In this document: piece by piece, positions 31,004-43,513 of the stretch
Layout of the letters: each line of letters starts with the position of its first letter
Numbering within the stretch: position 1 is the stretch's first letter
DNA from: the human T2T-CHM13v2.0 reference genome, Homo sapiens
Assembly (NCBI RefSeq): GCF_009914755.1
Contig: NC_060936.1
DNA: 64,000 bases
Reading direction: 5' to 3' (one strand)
Notes under the pieces: model-generated
Seen by the model: the letters and a program-made list of their open reading frames with translations, nothing else
Databases searched by the model: none
Told to the model about the DNA's origin: nothing
Position numbers and translations under genes: made by a program

Positions 31004-31377
31004 TGACATATTTCAGTCCTTAGGCACTGTAAAATAGCCCAAATATCCCTGCAGTACATCTGAATGCTTGCCTAAATTCTCCAAAATTCTTTTCTATTAT
31101 TTACAATCAAAACTTCTTACATATATCGAATAGTTTAATTAAATCCAAATTTAGAATCAAGAGGCAATTGTATTATGAGAAAATATATTACTACATTTCT
31201 AAGTTCCTTTGTCACACATACACAAACACAACTAACAGAGTATTTAATAGTGATAAAGGCTGAGATATGAGAAAACAAAATACTAGGAATTCTTACTACT
31301 AGGAAAATAAATCCTATGAAGATGAAAATTGCTGAAATTTTCAAGTAGATAGTGAAAATACATGGTGGTTGTGGCAT

Positions 31378-31436
31378 TTCTTCCTCTCCTCCCCTTCTTC
31401 CTCCTCCTCCTCCTCATCCTCCTCCTCCTTCTTCTT
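31378..31436. repeat. (CCT/CTT)n simple repeat
   Basis: cttcctcctcctcctcctcatcctcctcctccttcttc. Confidence 0.9.
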
Positions 31437-32741
31437 TTAAAACCCTAAATACTTTCATGGAGGTCATTTATTTTTCCATGCTTTTCATTTTCTAAACATC
31501 TTAGTTTTCTCTCATCATCTTATACAGTGGAAAAAGTAAGCAAAAAAAATAGGATAACACTATGATAAATTTGAATGTTTCTCTGCTTCAGATTACAAGG
31601 TACGTTTTTGTGGTAATTATAAAAATTGAAAAAAAAATGGTGAAAACCCCTTATCTTGGGTTACTGTGTCAAGTAGGAAGTTGAGCAGCATTTCAAAAAA
31701 CACCTTTAGCAAAAGTCCCCTCCCTGGTTTTTCCTGCAAACATTAACCTCAAGCGTTTAGTTCCTTCCATATTATTTATACATTTAACCTCAAAATTTTA
31801 TTTAAGAAGTCACAAGAAGATCTAAGAAAAGGCCCAAATGTCAGCCATCTGTGGACCAGACCTGAAAATCTTCCTGGAGGAGATGAAAACCTCTCATTTC
31901 ATAGAACTGAAAAAGGGCCATTGTATAGACCAGCAGCTGCGGTGCAGCTCCTCCAGGTCTCACCACTGAATCAGGAATCCTATAAATATGCACCTCAACC
32001 ACATAAACAGTTTCTCTTCAGTTTCTGGATTGGAGTTTATCTTTGCTGTGCAGAATCAATTTAGCTTTGGACAGAAAAATTTGCAAGAAATCAAAAAAGC
32101 GGGTTTAAAAAGCAAACAAAGAGACAGGATGGGCACGATTTCCTAAACATACCAGAACAGAGCCATGTGTTGGATGCTATATAAGAAAGCAAAGAAATTC
32201 CCAAAAGATTACCTCAAGTTGGTTTCTCATTTTGGTAAAGATTTCTTGTGTCTCTTGGTTCTATCAATTTAAATAGAGCCTGAAAGATACAATGACAGTA
32301 TAAACTATGTCCAAAAGACCTCCGAATCGGAAAGGGAAGTTTGGTGCCTCCCAAAAGGAGGGTGAGGGGCAGGAGAATATGGTGAATATATATCACTTTT
32401 CGCAGGCGCCTCTTCTGGATTTTGACCGTTATAAAGCAGAACAAATAGATAAAGAAAGAAGACTCACAAATGGCTTTTTTCATTAAGATGATATACCTTT
32501 CATTTCTACTTTTTCTCAGTTGATAAGCCCCAAAATAACACAGAGACACTGAAAAAAGCCTTCTTACAACCTTCTTACAATTTTCTATACTGCCAGTTTC
32601 ACCAGCCTTTTAGGTGTTGGTTGGGACCCTACTGGCCTCTAACGCTGGTTTTTTCAGTAGTGTATCCACCAACTGGTTCTGATTGGCACTTTTCATCTTC
32701 AAATATGCGATGTTCTGCCTCACTGACAATGGCAGATGGGC

Positions 32742-32925
32742 CAGTAAATCTCAATCTTGACCTCACATTAGGATCACCTGGGAAAGTGTTAGAAAAACAA
32801 AATCCCAGTGTCCAGGCTTCTCCCTGGACCAATCAAATCTGAATCTCTAATGGTAGGATTCATGCACTGATATTTTTTGAAGCTTCCCAATGACTGCCAT
32901 GTGTGGCCAAAGCTGAAAACCCCTG
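32742..32925. mobile_element. MER5A-family MITE
   Basis: cacattaggatcacctggg...aatcaaatctgaatctct...ccaaagctgaaaacccctg. Confidence 0.75.
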
Positions 32926-33666
32926 TTAGATTCTATTTTGGTATATTAACTATGATCTTAACTAATGAAAGTTGCTGAACTGCTGGGGAACTTGACTAAG
33001 CAATGGAATATCCCTTAGAAACACAATGAACACCCACTAATTTTAGGCAGTAACACAAAATTATTGGGGCCTTAATATTCTCTTTAGAGAAATACATTCC
33101 ACAGAATTCCACAAGTTGTAGATGACATGTTCTCGCTTATGAAAGAATATGCCACCAGGTTCATAGGAGAAAAAATATGGTGCTGCTTTTACTAAGCCAC
33201 CAAAGAGAACAACATAAGAAAATCATCAATTCCTAACTATGGTGAAAGTGCCTATAATATATCACAAACATGAGAAGCAACCTTTTCACCATTAAGTGGA
33301 CTCTGACAAAGCAGTTAATAGAATCTTGAAGTCTAGAAGGAATCCTTTAAGATGTGTAATAATACTATTCTACACCTGAGGAACTTAGGGTCAGAGATAA
33401 GTGGCTAGTCTGATAATTTACTGCTCATGAGGGGTGTTATAAAAACTGCCCTTGTCCTCATTCCTAGTCCAGGGGTTGCATTTTTAATGTACACAGAAGC
33501 ATTTAATTTCATGTATGGCCAATAGTAAACGCTCAATAAATTGTAGCTGTTGGGAGAAGTAATGATGATAGTATTAATGATCACATTGGTAATAATAATG
33601 TCTACGGGGTTTTCCAGTGTTATAAACACTGCCTTAAAATCCTTAGCAAATAAAAAACTATTTCTT

Positions 33667-33805
33667 GCTGGGCACAGTGGCTCATGCCTGTAATACCTGC
33701 TACTCAGGAGGCTGAGGTGGGAGGATTGATTGAGGCCAGGAGTTCAAGGCCACCCTGGGCAACATAGCAAGACCCCATCTCTAAAAACAACCAACCAAAC
33801 AAAAA
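33667..33805 (+). mobile_element. FLAM_C-like monomer
   Basis: TSD aaaactatttctt / aaacctatttctt. Confidence 0.9.
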
Positions 33806-35454
33806 CCTATTTCTTTTGTTGATGACACCTTATTTATTTGAAACACAAGAAATTTAAAAAGCAAAATAATAAACAGGGGAAATAAAAAGCCTTTCATTTA
33901 GAGCTGCAATGAAAATTTAGCATAGTCTTTCACTATTGAATGACTCATCAGTTGAACACTTTATGTAATTAATTATAAAATATATGTAATTTGATCTGAT
34001 TTTGTCTAGAAGATTCTAGAGTATCATTTTCCTTATGCAAATACTATACATATGTTTATATCTAAAGAGTTAAAGGTACTTTCACAGGTTATTTAATTCA
34101 ATTCTCACATACAATTAGAAAACGGAGATATTATCCCTCCTTCTTTAAAATTAAAAAAACATAAGCTCAGAGAATGAAAGGGGACGTGGCTAAAGTGGCT
34201 CCACTAATAAGTGGCATGGCCAGTAGTTCATCACAGGTTTTCCACCTTTGAGACTGTCCTTAGGTTACTTCTTTGGACTATGTCACTCTGGCCTTTTGAA
34301 TAATTAACTTTACAGAGCAAGAGTGTAATGCTATGTCCCTGGCTTTCATCAGGCAAAATGTGAAACACATCCATTTGAAAACTTGCTTTTTGAAAACACA
34401 GGACCTCATTATGTTGTTCAGTGTCTCTCCTTTAAATTCTCAACGACAAATTATTCTCCGAGTTCAGAGTCAGGAAAGTATCTATATCATCCACCAAAAC
34501 CGGGAGCTTTCTTTTGTTAGATCTAGAGAGTTATATGATCCATTGAATGTCCCTCCTTGCCTTGGCTTCTAGGGTGCTCAGAGCAAAGTTTTATACTTAG
34601 TCACTCCGGTTCTGGTTCTTCTCAATCCAAGTTTCTATTGCATCCTCTCTCTCTTCCCCTTCACCTCCCAAACCACTACCACCTTTAATATATTACTTTC
34701 GCTTTTTGTATTTATCAGTGATTCAATTTTATTTTACTGTGATTTTGGTAAACATCCGTAGTGTTCAACTACTTGGCAGATTTGTCCCCCTTTTTGTGAT
34801 AATAGAACTCTAACACTTCTTGGTTACATCACATGTTTTACTATCTGATGATTATGTTGGTCATCAATCCTTCTTCTGCAAGGAACACAATATAACAACA
34901 TTACAATGCATCTTTGTTTTGTTTTTGCTGATTTGGGTAGAACATAGCAAAAATAAAAATGCGTTCATTTTCTGTCATTTTGGTAATAAATCTGAAGCCA
35001 TGCTTAACAGAATAGTTTTAAGTTTAAAATGAAATAATTTTATAAATATTTTACCCTTTTAAAACAAGGACGTCTCAGTTCTTATGGCATCAAGATGCTC
35101 AAATTAAATTCACAAGGCTCTTCAGGACCAATTATATCGGTGTTTAACCCTCCCAGTGTCTTTTTTGCATCTTAATATCATTGATTTCTTTACCAATAAT
35201 GCCAAATACAGAAACTACCCCTGCTTATATGGCTTATATGTGTACTTTGTGTATATGTGTATATGTGTACTTTGTGTATATGTGTATATATATACTTTGT
35301 TTCTCTAATTGGTATTATTCAGATTCAGTGCCTCAAAATTGGCGATAATCTCACCCATGGTCCTCTTCTCAAAGGTTCAAAATGTGGCTTAAAGTATTTT
35401 ATGTGTGCATGTGTGGTTCACAGAATCAGTTTTATATCTTTTAGTTATACCTCC

Positions 35455-36247
35455 TGTTACTGACTGTTTATGCCTCCTCAAAACTCATATGTTGTTTGGG
35501 CATGGTAGTTCGTGCCTGTAATGCCAGCATCTTGGGAGGCCAAGGTGGGAGGATTGCTTGAGCCCAGGAGTTTGAGATCTGCCTGGGCAACATATATCTC
35601 CTCTCTACTAAAAATAAAAATAAAAATAAAATTAGCTGGGCATATTGGCATGCACCTTTAGTCCCACCTACTCAGGAGGCTTAGGTGGCAGGAACACTTA
35701 GGCCTAGGAGTTGAGTCTGCAGTGAACCATGGTTGAGCCACTGCACTCCAGCCTGGGCAACACAGCAAGACCCTGTCTAAAAAAAAATGTATATATATAT
35801 ACACTATATAATATATATATTAAATATATAATAATGTATAATACATATATAAATATATATTAAATATATGCGTGTGTTTGTGTGTGTGTATATGTATGTA
35901 TATGTTAAAGCTTTAACCCCCAATGTGATGATATTTGGAGATAAGACCTTTGTGTGGTAATTAGGGTTAAATTAAGTCATGATCATAAACCTTCAGGATG
36001 AGATTAGTGGTTTTCTAAGAAGAGGAAGAGAAAGGGAGAGAAAGAGGAGAGAGCTCTCCATCATGCTGAGGACATAGCTAGATGGCAGCTGTCTGAAAGC
36101 CAGAAAGAGAGCTCTCACCAGACACAGTCTCTACCAGCACCTTGACCTTGGACTTCCCAGCATCCAGAACTGTGAGAAATAAATTTCTGTTGTTTAAGCC
36201 ACCCAGTCTGTGCTACTTTGTTATGGCAGCTGAAAGTGACTGAGACA
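35455..36247 (+). mobile_element. MLT1A0-like LTR with nested AluJ (35494-35787) and TA/TG microsatellite tail
   Basis: LTR start ...aaactcatatgtt resumes at atatgttaaagctttaacccccaatgtgatg; end cagaactgtgagaaataaatttctgttg...ctgagaca. Confidence 0.85.
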
Positions 36248-36358
36248 GCCTATGGATGCTTCCAGTCTGTTTTCAAATAAGTTATAGTCTTTCCTTTTTA
36301 TATGCTATAAATATAGCAATTTGGAAAAAAAGTCTGGTAAAATCAAGAATAAATAACC

Positions 36359-36667
36359 GGCTGGGCGTGGTTGCTCATGCCTGTAATCCCAGCACTTTGG
36401 GGGAGGCTGAGGTGGGTGGATCACCTGAGGTCAGGAGTTCAAGACTAGCCTGGCCAACACAGTGAAACCCCGTCTCTACTAAATACAAAAAATTAGCCGG
36501 GCGTGGTGGCGCATGTCTGTTATCTCACCTACTTGGGAGGCTGAGGGAGGAGAATCGCTTGAACCTAGGAGGCAGAGGTTTCAGTGAGCCAAGATTGCGC
36601 CATTGCACTCCAGCCTGGGCAACAAGAACAAAACTCCTCCTCAAAATAGATAGATAAATAAATAAAT
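36359..36667 (+). mobile_element. Alu (AluS-like)
   Basis: Dimer; TSD aataaataacc. Confidence 0.95.
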
Positions 36668-37114
36668 AACCAACTTTGTAAAGTGGTAGTTTATCTCCAT
36701 GACGAGAAGATTTCCCATTAAAAGGCAAATCTTCCTTTTCAAAAGTTTGAAAGAGTTCCTTAAAAAGAATATCGTCTGGTTAAATATAAGTTGCTGGAGA
36801 TTGCAAAACCCTAAGAAAAGTTTTTGGCTTTTATCCCATAACAGTTTCATTTGAGAGTAAATTGGATACATTTTCATTCATGCACAACTCTGACATTTCC
36901 TCCTTGTTTCTTCCCCCTTTATTGACAGGCAAACAAGTACATACAGTCAGTTTCATTCTGTTCTTTCGATTCTTTCACATTATCTTTTTTCCTCCCCTTG
37001 GAGCAGTATGGTATGGTGGAAGAATTCTGGTGTCAGAGAAAAACTACCATGTGCCATTCACTGTGCAAGGTGCTTGGAATAGAATGATTAAAAATACAAG
37101 TTAAAATTTTCTTA

Positions 37115-37415
<301 letters not shown>

Positions 37416-39134
37416 CCTAAAATAAATAAATAAATTAATTAATTAAATAACACATTGCTTTGGTCAAGAATCTCACATTCTGATAGAAAAAGTAGACAAA
37501 CACATAAATGTGGGTCCAATAGTGCTCTTTCGGAGCACTTTGTCCTACTAGTTTTATTATAGCTAACAACTCTTATTATCTCTCCCCTTCCACTTCTTTT
37601 AATGCCTCTTTTCTTTACAAGGTTATGAACTCCATGAGGGCAGTATCTGTTTTGCACACTGCTCTATCCACACTGCCCCCAGCATAATTATCTAGGAATT
37701 GGGAGAAAAAAAAAAAGTCTGGCAAGCCCCTTGAAAAATTCAGTGTGATATTATTTTTAAAGCCATTCAATGTTAAGTGACATTTCCACTTTAATCTTAA
37801 GAAGAGGAGAAAATCTCAACCTTCCATTGTTACACAACCTGAGAGCTTTTACTCATAATTCTTTACAAATCAGTTAACTACGTGTAATTCCTATCACTGG
37901 ACATCATTTCTTCTCTTCCCTGATTTTGTATTAGTAAAGAATCAAGTCAGGTACCAGTTCTCACCCTCTCAGACTAAATACATTAAACCAGCAACAGTGA
38001 AAAAAGAAAATGAAATTGGCTTCATTTTCCATGCACACAAGGATGCTCAGTTTAAATAATAGCCTTCAGTGTTCCATGGTTAGACTCTTTCTACACATTT
38101 CTGGTGTCAGGCTGCAACCTGGTTGTCCTTGCAGTAAATAAATCAACAGGGTGCATAATCTTGTTCTGTAACCTCCTGCAAATCCCAGGGATGTGCAGAT
38201 TTCATCAGCTCCAAGGTATATGAGGCTGGAATTTGAAAAGAAAATCCTCTCACTCTTAAAGAAATGCCCTCAGCAGGGATTTATACTGATAAGTCACCTT
38301 CACCTTTAGTGATGTGAATGTGTGTTTAATTCTTTTACCAAGAAGAGTTTACGGAAACTGGGATCCTGAAGGAATGCTGGGTTTTTGTTGCTGTCTGCCA
38401 TTAACTTATTTTGTTTTCTAAAATCTGATTCCTCAGAAAAAGGATGCATTTGAAATTATAATTAAAAACAGTTAATTCTTGTTCAGTTGATATTATATTT
38501 CAAAAGATATGCATTTATAATTTATTATATTGTGTCCTACAAATTAGAAAACCAAATCAGAATAATGTTCACAATTTGGAGAAATTTCAGAGATTCTCTA
38601 AGTTATTTTTCTACTTTCAAAAATGATGGGAAAGGAGAGGGGAATATATGGGTATAAAGTAAGGAGCCCCTCTGGCTCTGAAAATCAACTCAATGGTAAA
38701 TGGCTGAGATTTTCTAGCCATTCTGACCCTATTTGAGAAGATTATTTTGCTTTGTTAGATCAGACCTTGTGTCAGAGAACCAAGTGTCAACTTTCTACTT
38801 AAAGGTTAAGCAGCAAGAGTCAGTACGTCTGGTTACACAGAACACGATCTCTTCTTGACCAGTAGCATTACTCTTCCTCTTTGCTGCAGAAACAGTTTTC
38901 CTAGAGATCTCAGAACAGTTCTTATGTGTAGGAAAGAAACTTTCACCTCTGTATTTCTCCCCAAGCAGCAGATGCTACAATATAATAGGAAAATAAGAAT
39001 TTTATTGAGTTTTCTTAATGGCATCAACTTACTACCCTCAAGTCTGTTTTTTTTTTTGTTTTGTTTTGTTTCGTTTTTTTTTTTTTTCAAGTCCTAAAGG
39101 CTAGAATCTACAGCTTTTTAAGAAACCCCATCCT

Positions 39135-39405
39135 GGCCGGGCACAGTGGCTCACTTTCAGAGGCCAAAGGGGTGGATGGCTTGAGGTCAGGAGTTCGAGA
39201 TCAGCCTGGCCAACATGGTGAAACCCTGTCTCTACTAAAAATACAAAAGTTAGCCTGGTGTGACGGCCAGCACCTGTGATCCCATTTACTCCAGAGGCTG
39301 AGGCAGGAGGATCACTTGGACCCGGGAGGCCGAGATTGAGATCGGGCCACTGCAATCCAGCCTGGGTAACAGAGCCAGACTGTCTCAAAACAAACAAACA
39401 AAAAC
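39135..39405 (+). mobile_element. Alu with two short internal deletions
   Basis: ggctcactttcagagg lacks gcctgtaatcccagcac; right arm lacks gttgcagtgagcc. Confidence 0.92.
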
Positions 39406-40520
39406 CACAAAGGAGAAGATTTTGCTATTGTGTATACTAGAATATTATGTCTTCAAAAGGTGTGAATAATAATTTATTATTGAAGAGTAATCTAGTTTCA
39501 TCACATTGTAACTTTCCTTAAGAGCAATTTATAGTGTTTGAGAGACAGAGAGGAAGAGAGAGAGAGGTCTGCGTGTGTGTGTTGGTGGGGGGATTACTAA
39601 AATCTCTTAACCTCATAAGTTTGTCAGTGTAATTTGATCTTTCTGTCTGAGGTGCATAGGGAATAGCATTTACTGAGACTAATGTTACCAAGATGGTGAA
39701 AAAACTGGCCATTAATATATAGGCTTTCAAATGCTGAAGTAAATGTAAATAGGCAATGTTACCCTTTGTTACTTAGTTACTTAGGAATACTATAGTTTCT
39801 GCCCCCTTCCCTACTAACTCTCCTTTCTCAGCACATACTCTCCACCACACAAAATCTGTTTCTAAATTTATAATCAAATTACAGGCATCTGGAGAACCCA
39901 GCCACTGAAGTAAATTGTTTTCCATAAGTCATGTTTGTGATTTGCAAATGTTGAAAAAGCAAATACTAAAATTGTAATTTTTAGATGATATATTACCATT
40001 GGAAACATTTCATTTAAAAACAACCATATAACCCCAAACCCTAAGCCTGGAATATTTGATTTGGCTTTTTTTGCAAAAATCCATCTTTTTTTCTTTTTTT
40101 TTTTTTAACCCAAGTCTTAATACATATGATGAAAATTAAGATAATTAAAACCTAATATGGAAAAGTTTTAAAAATACTTACAAGTTGATGTTATCCTTCC
40201 TTTAGTACACTTAAAAAATTGAATAGGCTCAGAAATGTTGGTATAAATTCAATTCACCATATGTCTGCTTAATAATTATTTGGAAACAACAAGGAACAGA
40301 CCTCCCACAGACAACTCTCTGTGTTACTAGATTTCTTCAAAGCATGGACTCAGAGTACAATTTGTCTGGATGACACAAAGGCTGATTGGGAAAAAAAAAG
40401 AATACAATTTGTTTTGAGCTCGAGAATGGGTAAGAAGCAGGCCCCAGGTAGACTAGCGAATGAATTTAACGGTTTGTTGGATGGTTACTCAGGACGACCT
40501 TTATTTAAATATATACAATG

Positions 40521-40817
40521 GGCCAGGCGAGGTGGCTCATGCCCGTAATCCTAGCACTTTGGGAGGCCGAGGTGAACAGATCAACTCGGATCAGGAGTTT
40601 GATGGATCAGGCAACATGGCAAAACCCCGTCTCTACAAAAAAATACAAAAATTAGCTGGGCGTGGGGACAGTGCACCTGTAGTCCCAGCTACTTGTCAGG
40701 ATGAGGCGGGAGGATTGCTTGAACCTGGACAATCGAGGCTTTAGTGAGCCACAATCATGCCACTGCACTCCAGCCTGGGTGATAAACTGAGACCCTGTGT
40801 CAAAAAAAAATAAATAA
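40521..40817 (+). mobile_element. Alu (AluJ-like)
   Basis: Dimer whose tail runs into an AT-rich minisatellite. Confidence 0.93.
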
Positions 40818-41487
40818 ATATATTTATGTATATACATAAATATTTACATTTATATATCTATGTATTTATATTTATATAAATGTCTATTTATGTGTATTTA
40901 TATTTATATAAATGTCTGTGTATTTATATTTATATAAATATATATTTATGTGTATATATATTTATATAAATTTATATTTATATAAATATATATTTATGTG
41001 TATTTATATTTATATAAATATATATTTATGTGTAAATATAAATATATATTTATGTGTATTTATATTTATATAAATATATATTTATGTGTAAATATAAATA
41101 TATATTTATGTGTATTTATATTTATATAAATATATATTTATGTGTATTTATATTTACATATTTATATTTATATAAATATCCATTTATGTATTTATATTTA
41201 TATAAATAATTTGTATAAATATCTATTTATGTATTTATCTTTATATAATATGTATTTATGTATCTATCTTTATATAATATCTATATATTTATCTTTATAT
41301 AAATATCTATGTATTTATCTTTATATAAATATCTATGTATTCATCTTTATATAAATATCTATGTATTCATCTTTATATAAATATCTATGTATTTATATTT
41401 ATATAAATATCTATGTATTTATCTTTATATAAATATCTATGTATTTATATTTATATAAATATCTATTTATGTATTTATGTTTATACA
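40812..41487. repeat. AT-rich minisatellite (about 26-32 bp units)
   Basis: Units tgtatttatatttatataaatatatatttatg grading into tgtatt(t/c)atctttatataaatatcta. Confidence 0.97.
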
Positions 41488-41489
41488 GT

Positions 41490-41570
41490 AGTTGGTCCAA
41501 GGGTTGTGGGCATTGTTAAGCTTATTTAGCACTCTTTCTCCCTGCACATCACAACCATGCTTGACTAGCT
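41490..41570 (+). pseudogene. RNY5: Y5 RNA retro-pseudogene
   Basis: agttggtccaagggttgtgggcattgttaagcttatttagca...cacaaccatgcttgactagct aligns with hY5 AGTTGGTCCGAGTGTTGTGGGTTATTGTTAAGTTGATTTAACA...CACAACCGCGCTTGACTAGCT; A-rich tail to about 41609. Confidence 0.9.
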
Positions 41571-42010
41571 AAAGTAATGATAATAATAATACTAAAAATA
41601 AAAATAAACAAATATATACAATCAATTGTAGCCTTTGATCCTTTTGTATTCAAAGGCATTATGAACTCAACATTAGAAAATGTGGAAGGAAAGAGGTTAT
41701 AATGGCCTGTAGAAATGATGAAATCCAGAATTTAAAATGTGTGCAGTACCAAGGAACGTTGATGCTGGAGAGAAAAGATTGGGGCTCAAGTTGGCCAATT
41801 ACCCAGTTTTAGCATCTTTATTTCTAATATGGCAATGTAATAATTATTGCTCTTGGTTCTCGTAAAAATTAAAATAGATGAATATGGAAAATGTGAATTA
41901 TAAAGCAAAAGCACTATGTAAGTAAGATACATTATTATTCTTTGAATTATACAACAGAAAAGGTCTAGGATATCTACATATAGTAAAGTAGGTTTTTGGT
42001 GGGGGGATAA

Positions 42011-42230
42011 CATTGGTGTGTTAGATCTGGCTCTTGCTGGTTTGCACTGGCTTGTGACAGCTGATAAATTTTTAGGAATTATGTGAGATGGTTGACATCA
42101 TGTTGATAGCCTGAAATTGGCTGTGGTGAGAGGGTGGTATTTATACCATGGTCATTGTCAAATAACTGCAGAGAGGGTTTGTTGCCCTTCCTCACCTCCC
42201 TCCCAAGGATCAGTTGACCAACACATCATT
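42011..42230. mobile_element. MER63A-like hAT MITE
   Basis: cattggtgtgtt...ggttgacatcatgttgatagcctgaaattggc...accaacacatcattg. Confidence 0.75.
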
Positions 42231-42254
42231 GGGTAACTTATTCTGTATGTTTGG

Positions 42255-42712
42255 ATACTGTTCTAGTAATCTGTTACTGTGTAAGAAAAGCAGTCCAAAA
42301 CTTAGCAGCTTAACCCAACAGCTATGCTACCATCTATTATATCTCACATTCTGTGCAGTGACTGGTCTCAGCTCAGTGGTTATTCTGCTTCATGGATGGT
42401 CAGCTAGGGCTGCAGTCATCTAGAGGCTTGGCTGGACTGCATTATCCAAGATGGCTTATTCTCAGGTCTTGTAGTTGGTACTAGCTGTTGATTGGGAGGA
42501 TGCCTAAGACTGTCTGTAGGAGCATGTAAATTATCCTCTACCTGGTCCTCATGTGATTTGAGCTTCTTACAGTATTAAAGCTGGGTTTCCAAGTGTGAGC
42601 TACAGATCTCTTAAGGCCCAGTCATCAGAATTATACAGTATTACTTCCATTATAGTCTATTGATCAAAATAAGTTGCTGGTAAAGAATTTGCTACCATGT
42701 TTAATTCATCAC
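42255..42712 (-). mobile_element. Old MLT1 (G/H-like) LTR
   Basis: ccaaaacttagcagcttaa...gggctgcagtcatctagaggcttggctgg...tccaagatggctt. Confidence 0.7.
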
Positions 42713-42870
42713 AGGTATTATGATATCCACATTTATATAAACCCAAGAGTATTCATTAAGTTGTGGATGCTAACATTTTAAGTAATTCTCTCCTCTAACT
42801 TCTTACACTGGAGATAAGGTTTACTGCTTTATGCTACATATTTTGTCAAGCTTAAAGTTTCCTTTAGTGA

Positions 42871-43160
42871 GGTCGGGCATGGTGGCTCATGCCTGTAATC
42901 CCAGAACTTTGGGAGGCCAAGGTGGAAGGACTGCTTGAGGCCAACAGTTTCAGACCAGACTAGTCAACAAAGCAAGACCCCATCTCTACATAAAATTTTT
43001 AAAAAATTAGCTGGGTGTGGTGGGCACCTACATTGGTGGTGTGCACCTGCAGTCCTGGCTACTCAGGAGGCTGAGGTGGGAGGATCTTTGAAGCCCAGGA
43101 GAGCCACTCACTCTAGCCTGGGTGATAGCATGAGACCCTGTCTCAAAAAAAAAAAAAAAA
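42871..43160 (+). mobile_element. Alu (AluJ-like), right arm partly deleted
   Basis: TSD aaagtttcctttagt on both sides. Confidence 0.92.
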
Positions 43161-43424
43161 GTTTCCTTTAGTCTTGGTGTTCCACCTATGTAACTGGCCA
43201 AATATATCAAACTACTGAAGACTTTCTGAAAATAGAATTTTTAAAAAATTTACTACATATTCTTTAAAACAAAATGAGTGTTTAAAGGGGTGTATCAAAT
43301 GTTTTGAAAAACGAAAGGAAGCCAATCATAAGCCTAATCAGAAATCGTTTGAGTGGCTGCATGATTCAAGTTTGTAAGGCTGCAAAAGACAGTCTCGCAT
43401 TCATCTTGTTATAGAAACTATAGA

Positions 43425-43437
43425 TATCTCTATCTAT

Positions 43438-43478
<41 letters not shown>

Positions 43479-43513
43479 ATCTATCTATCTATCTATAGAT
43501 CAATCAATCTATC
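43425..43513. repeat. (TATC)n tetranucleotide STR
   Basis: (TATC)10 at 43439-43478 plus further interrupted units. Confidence 0.98.
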
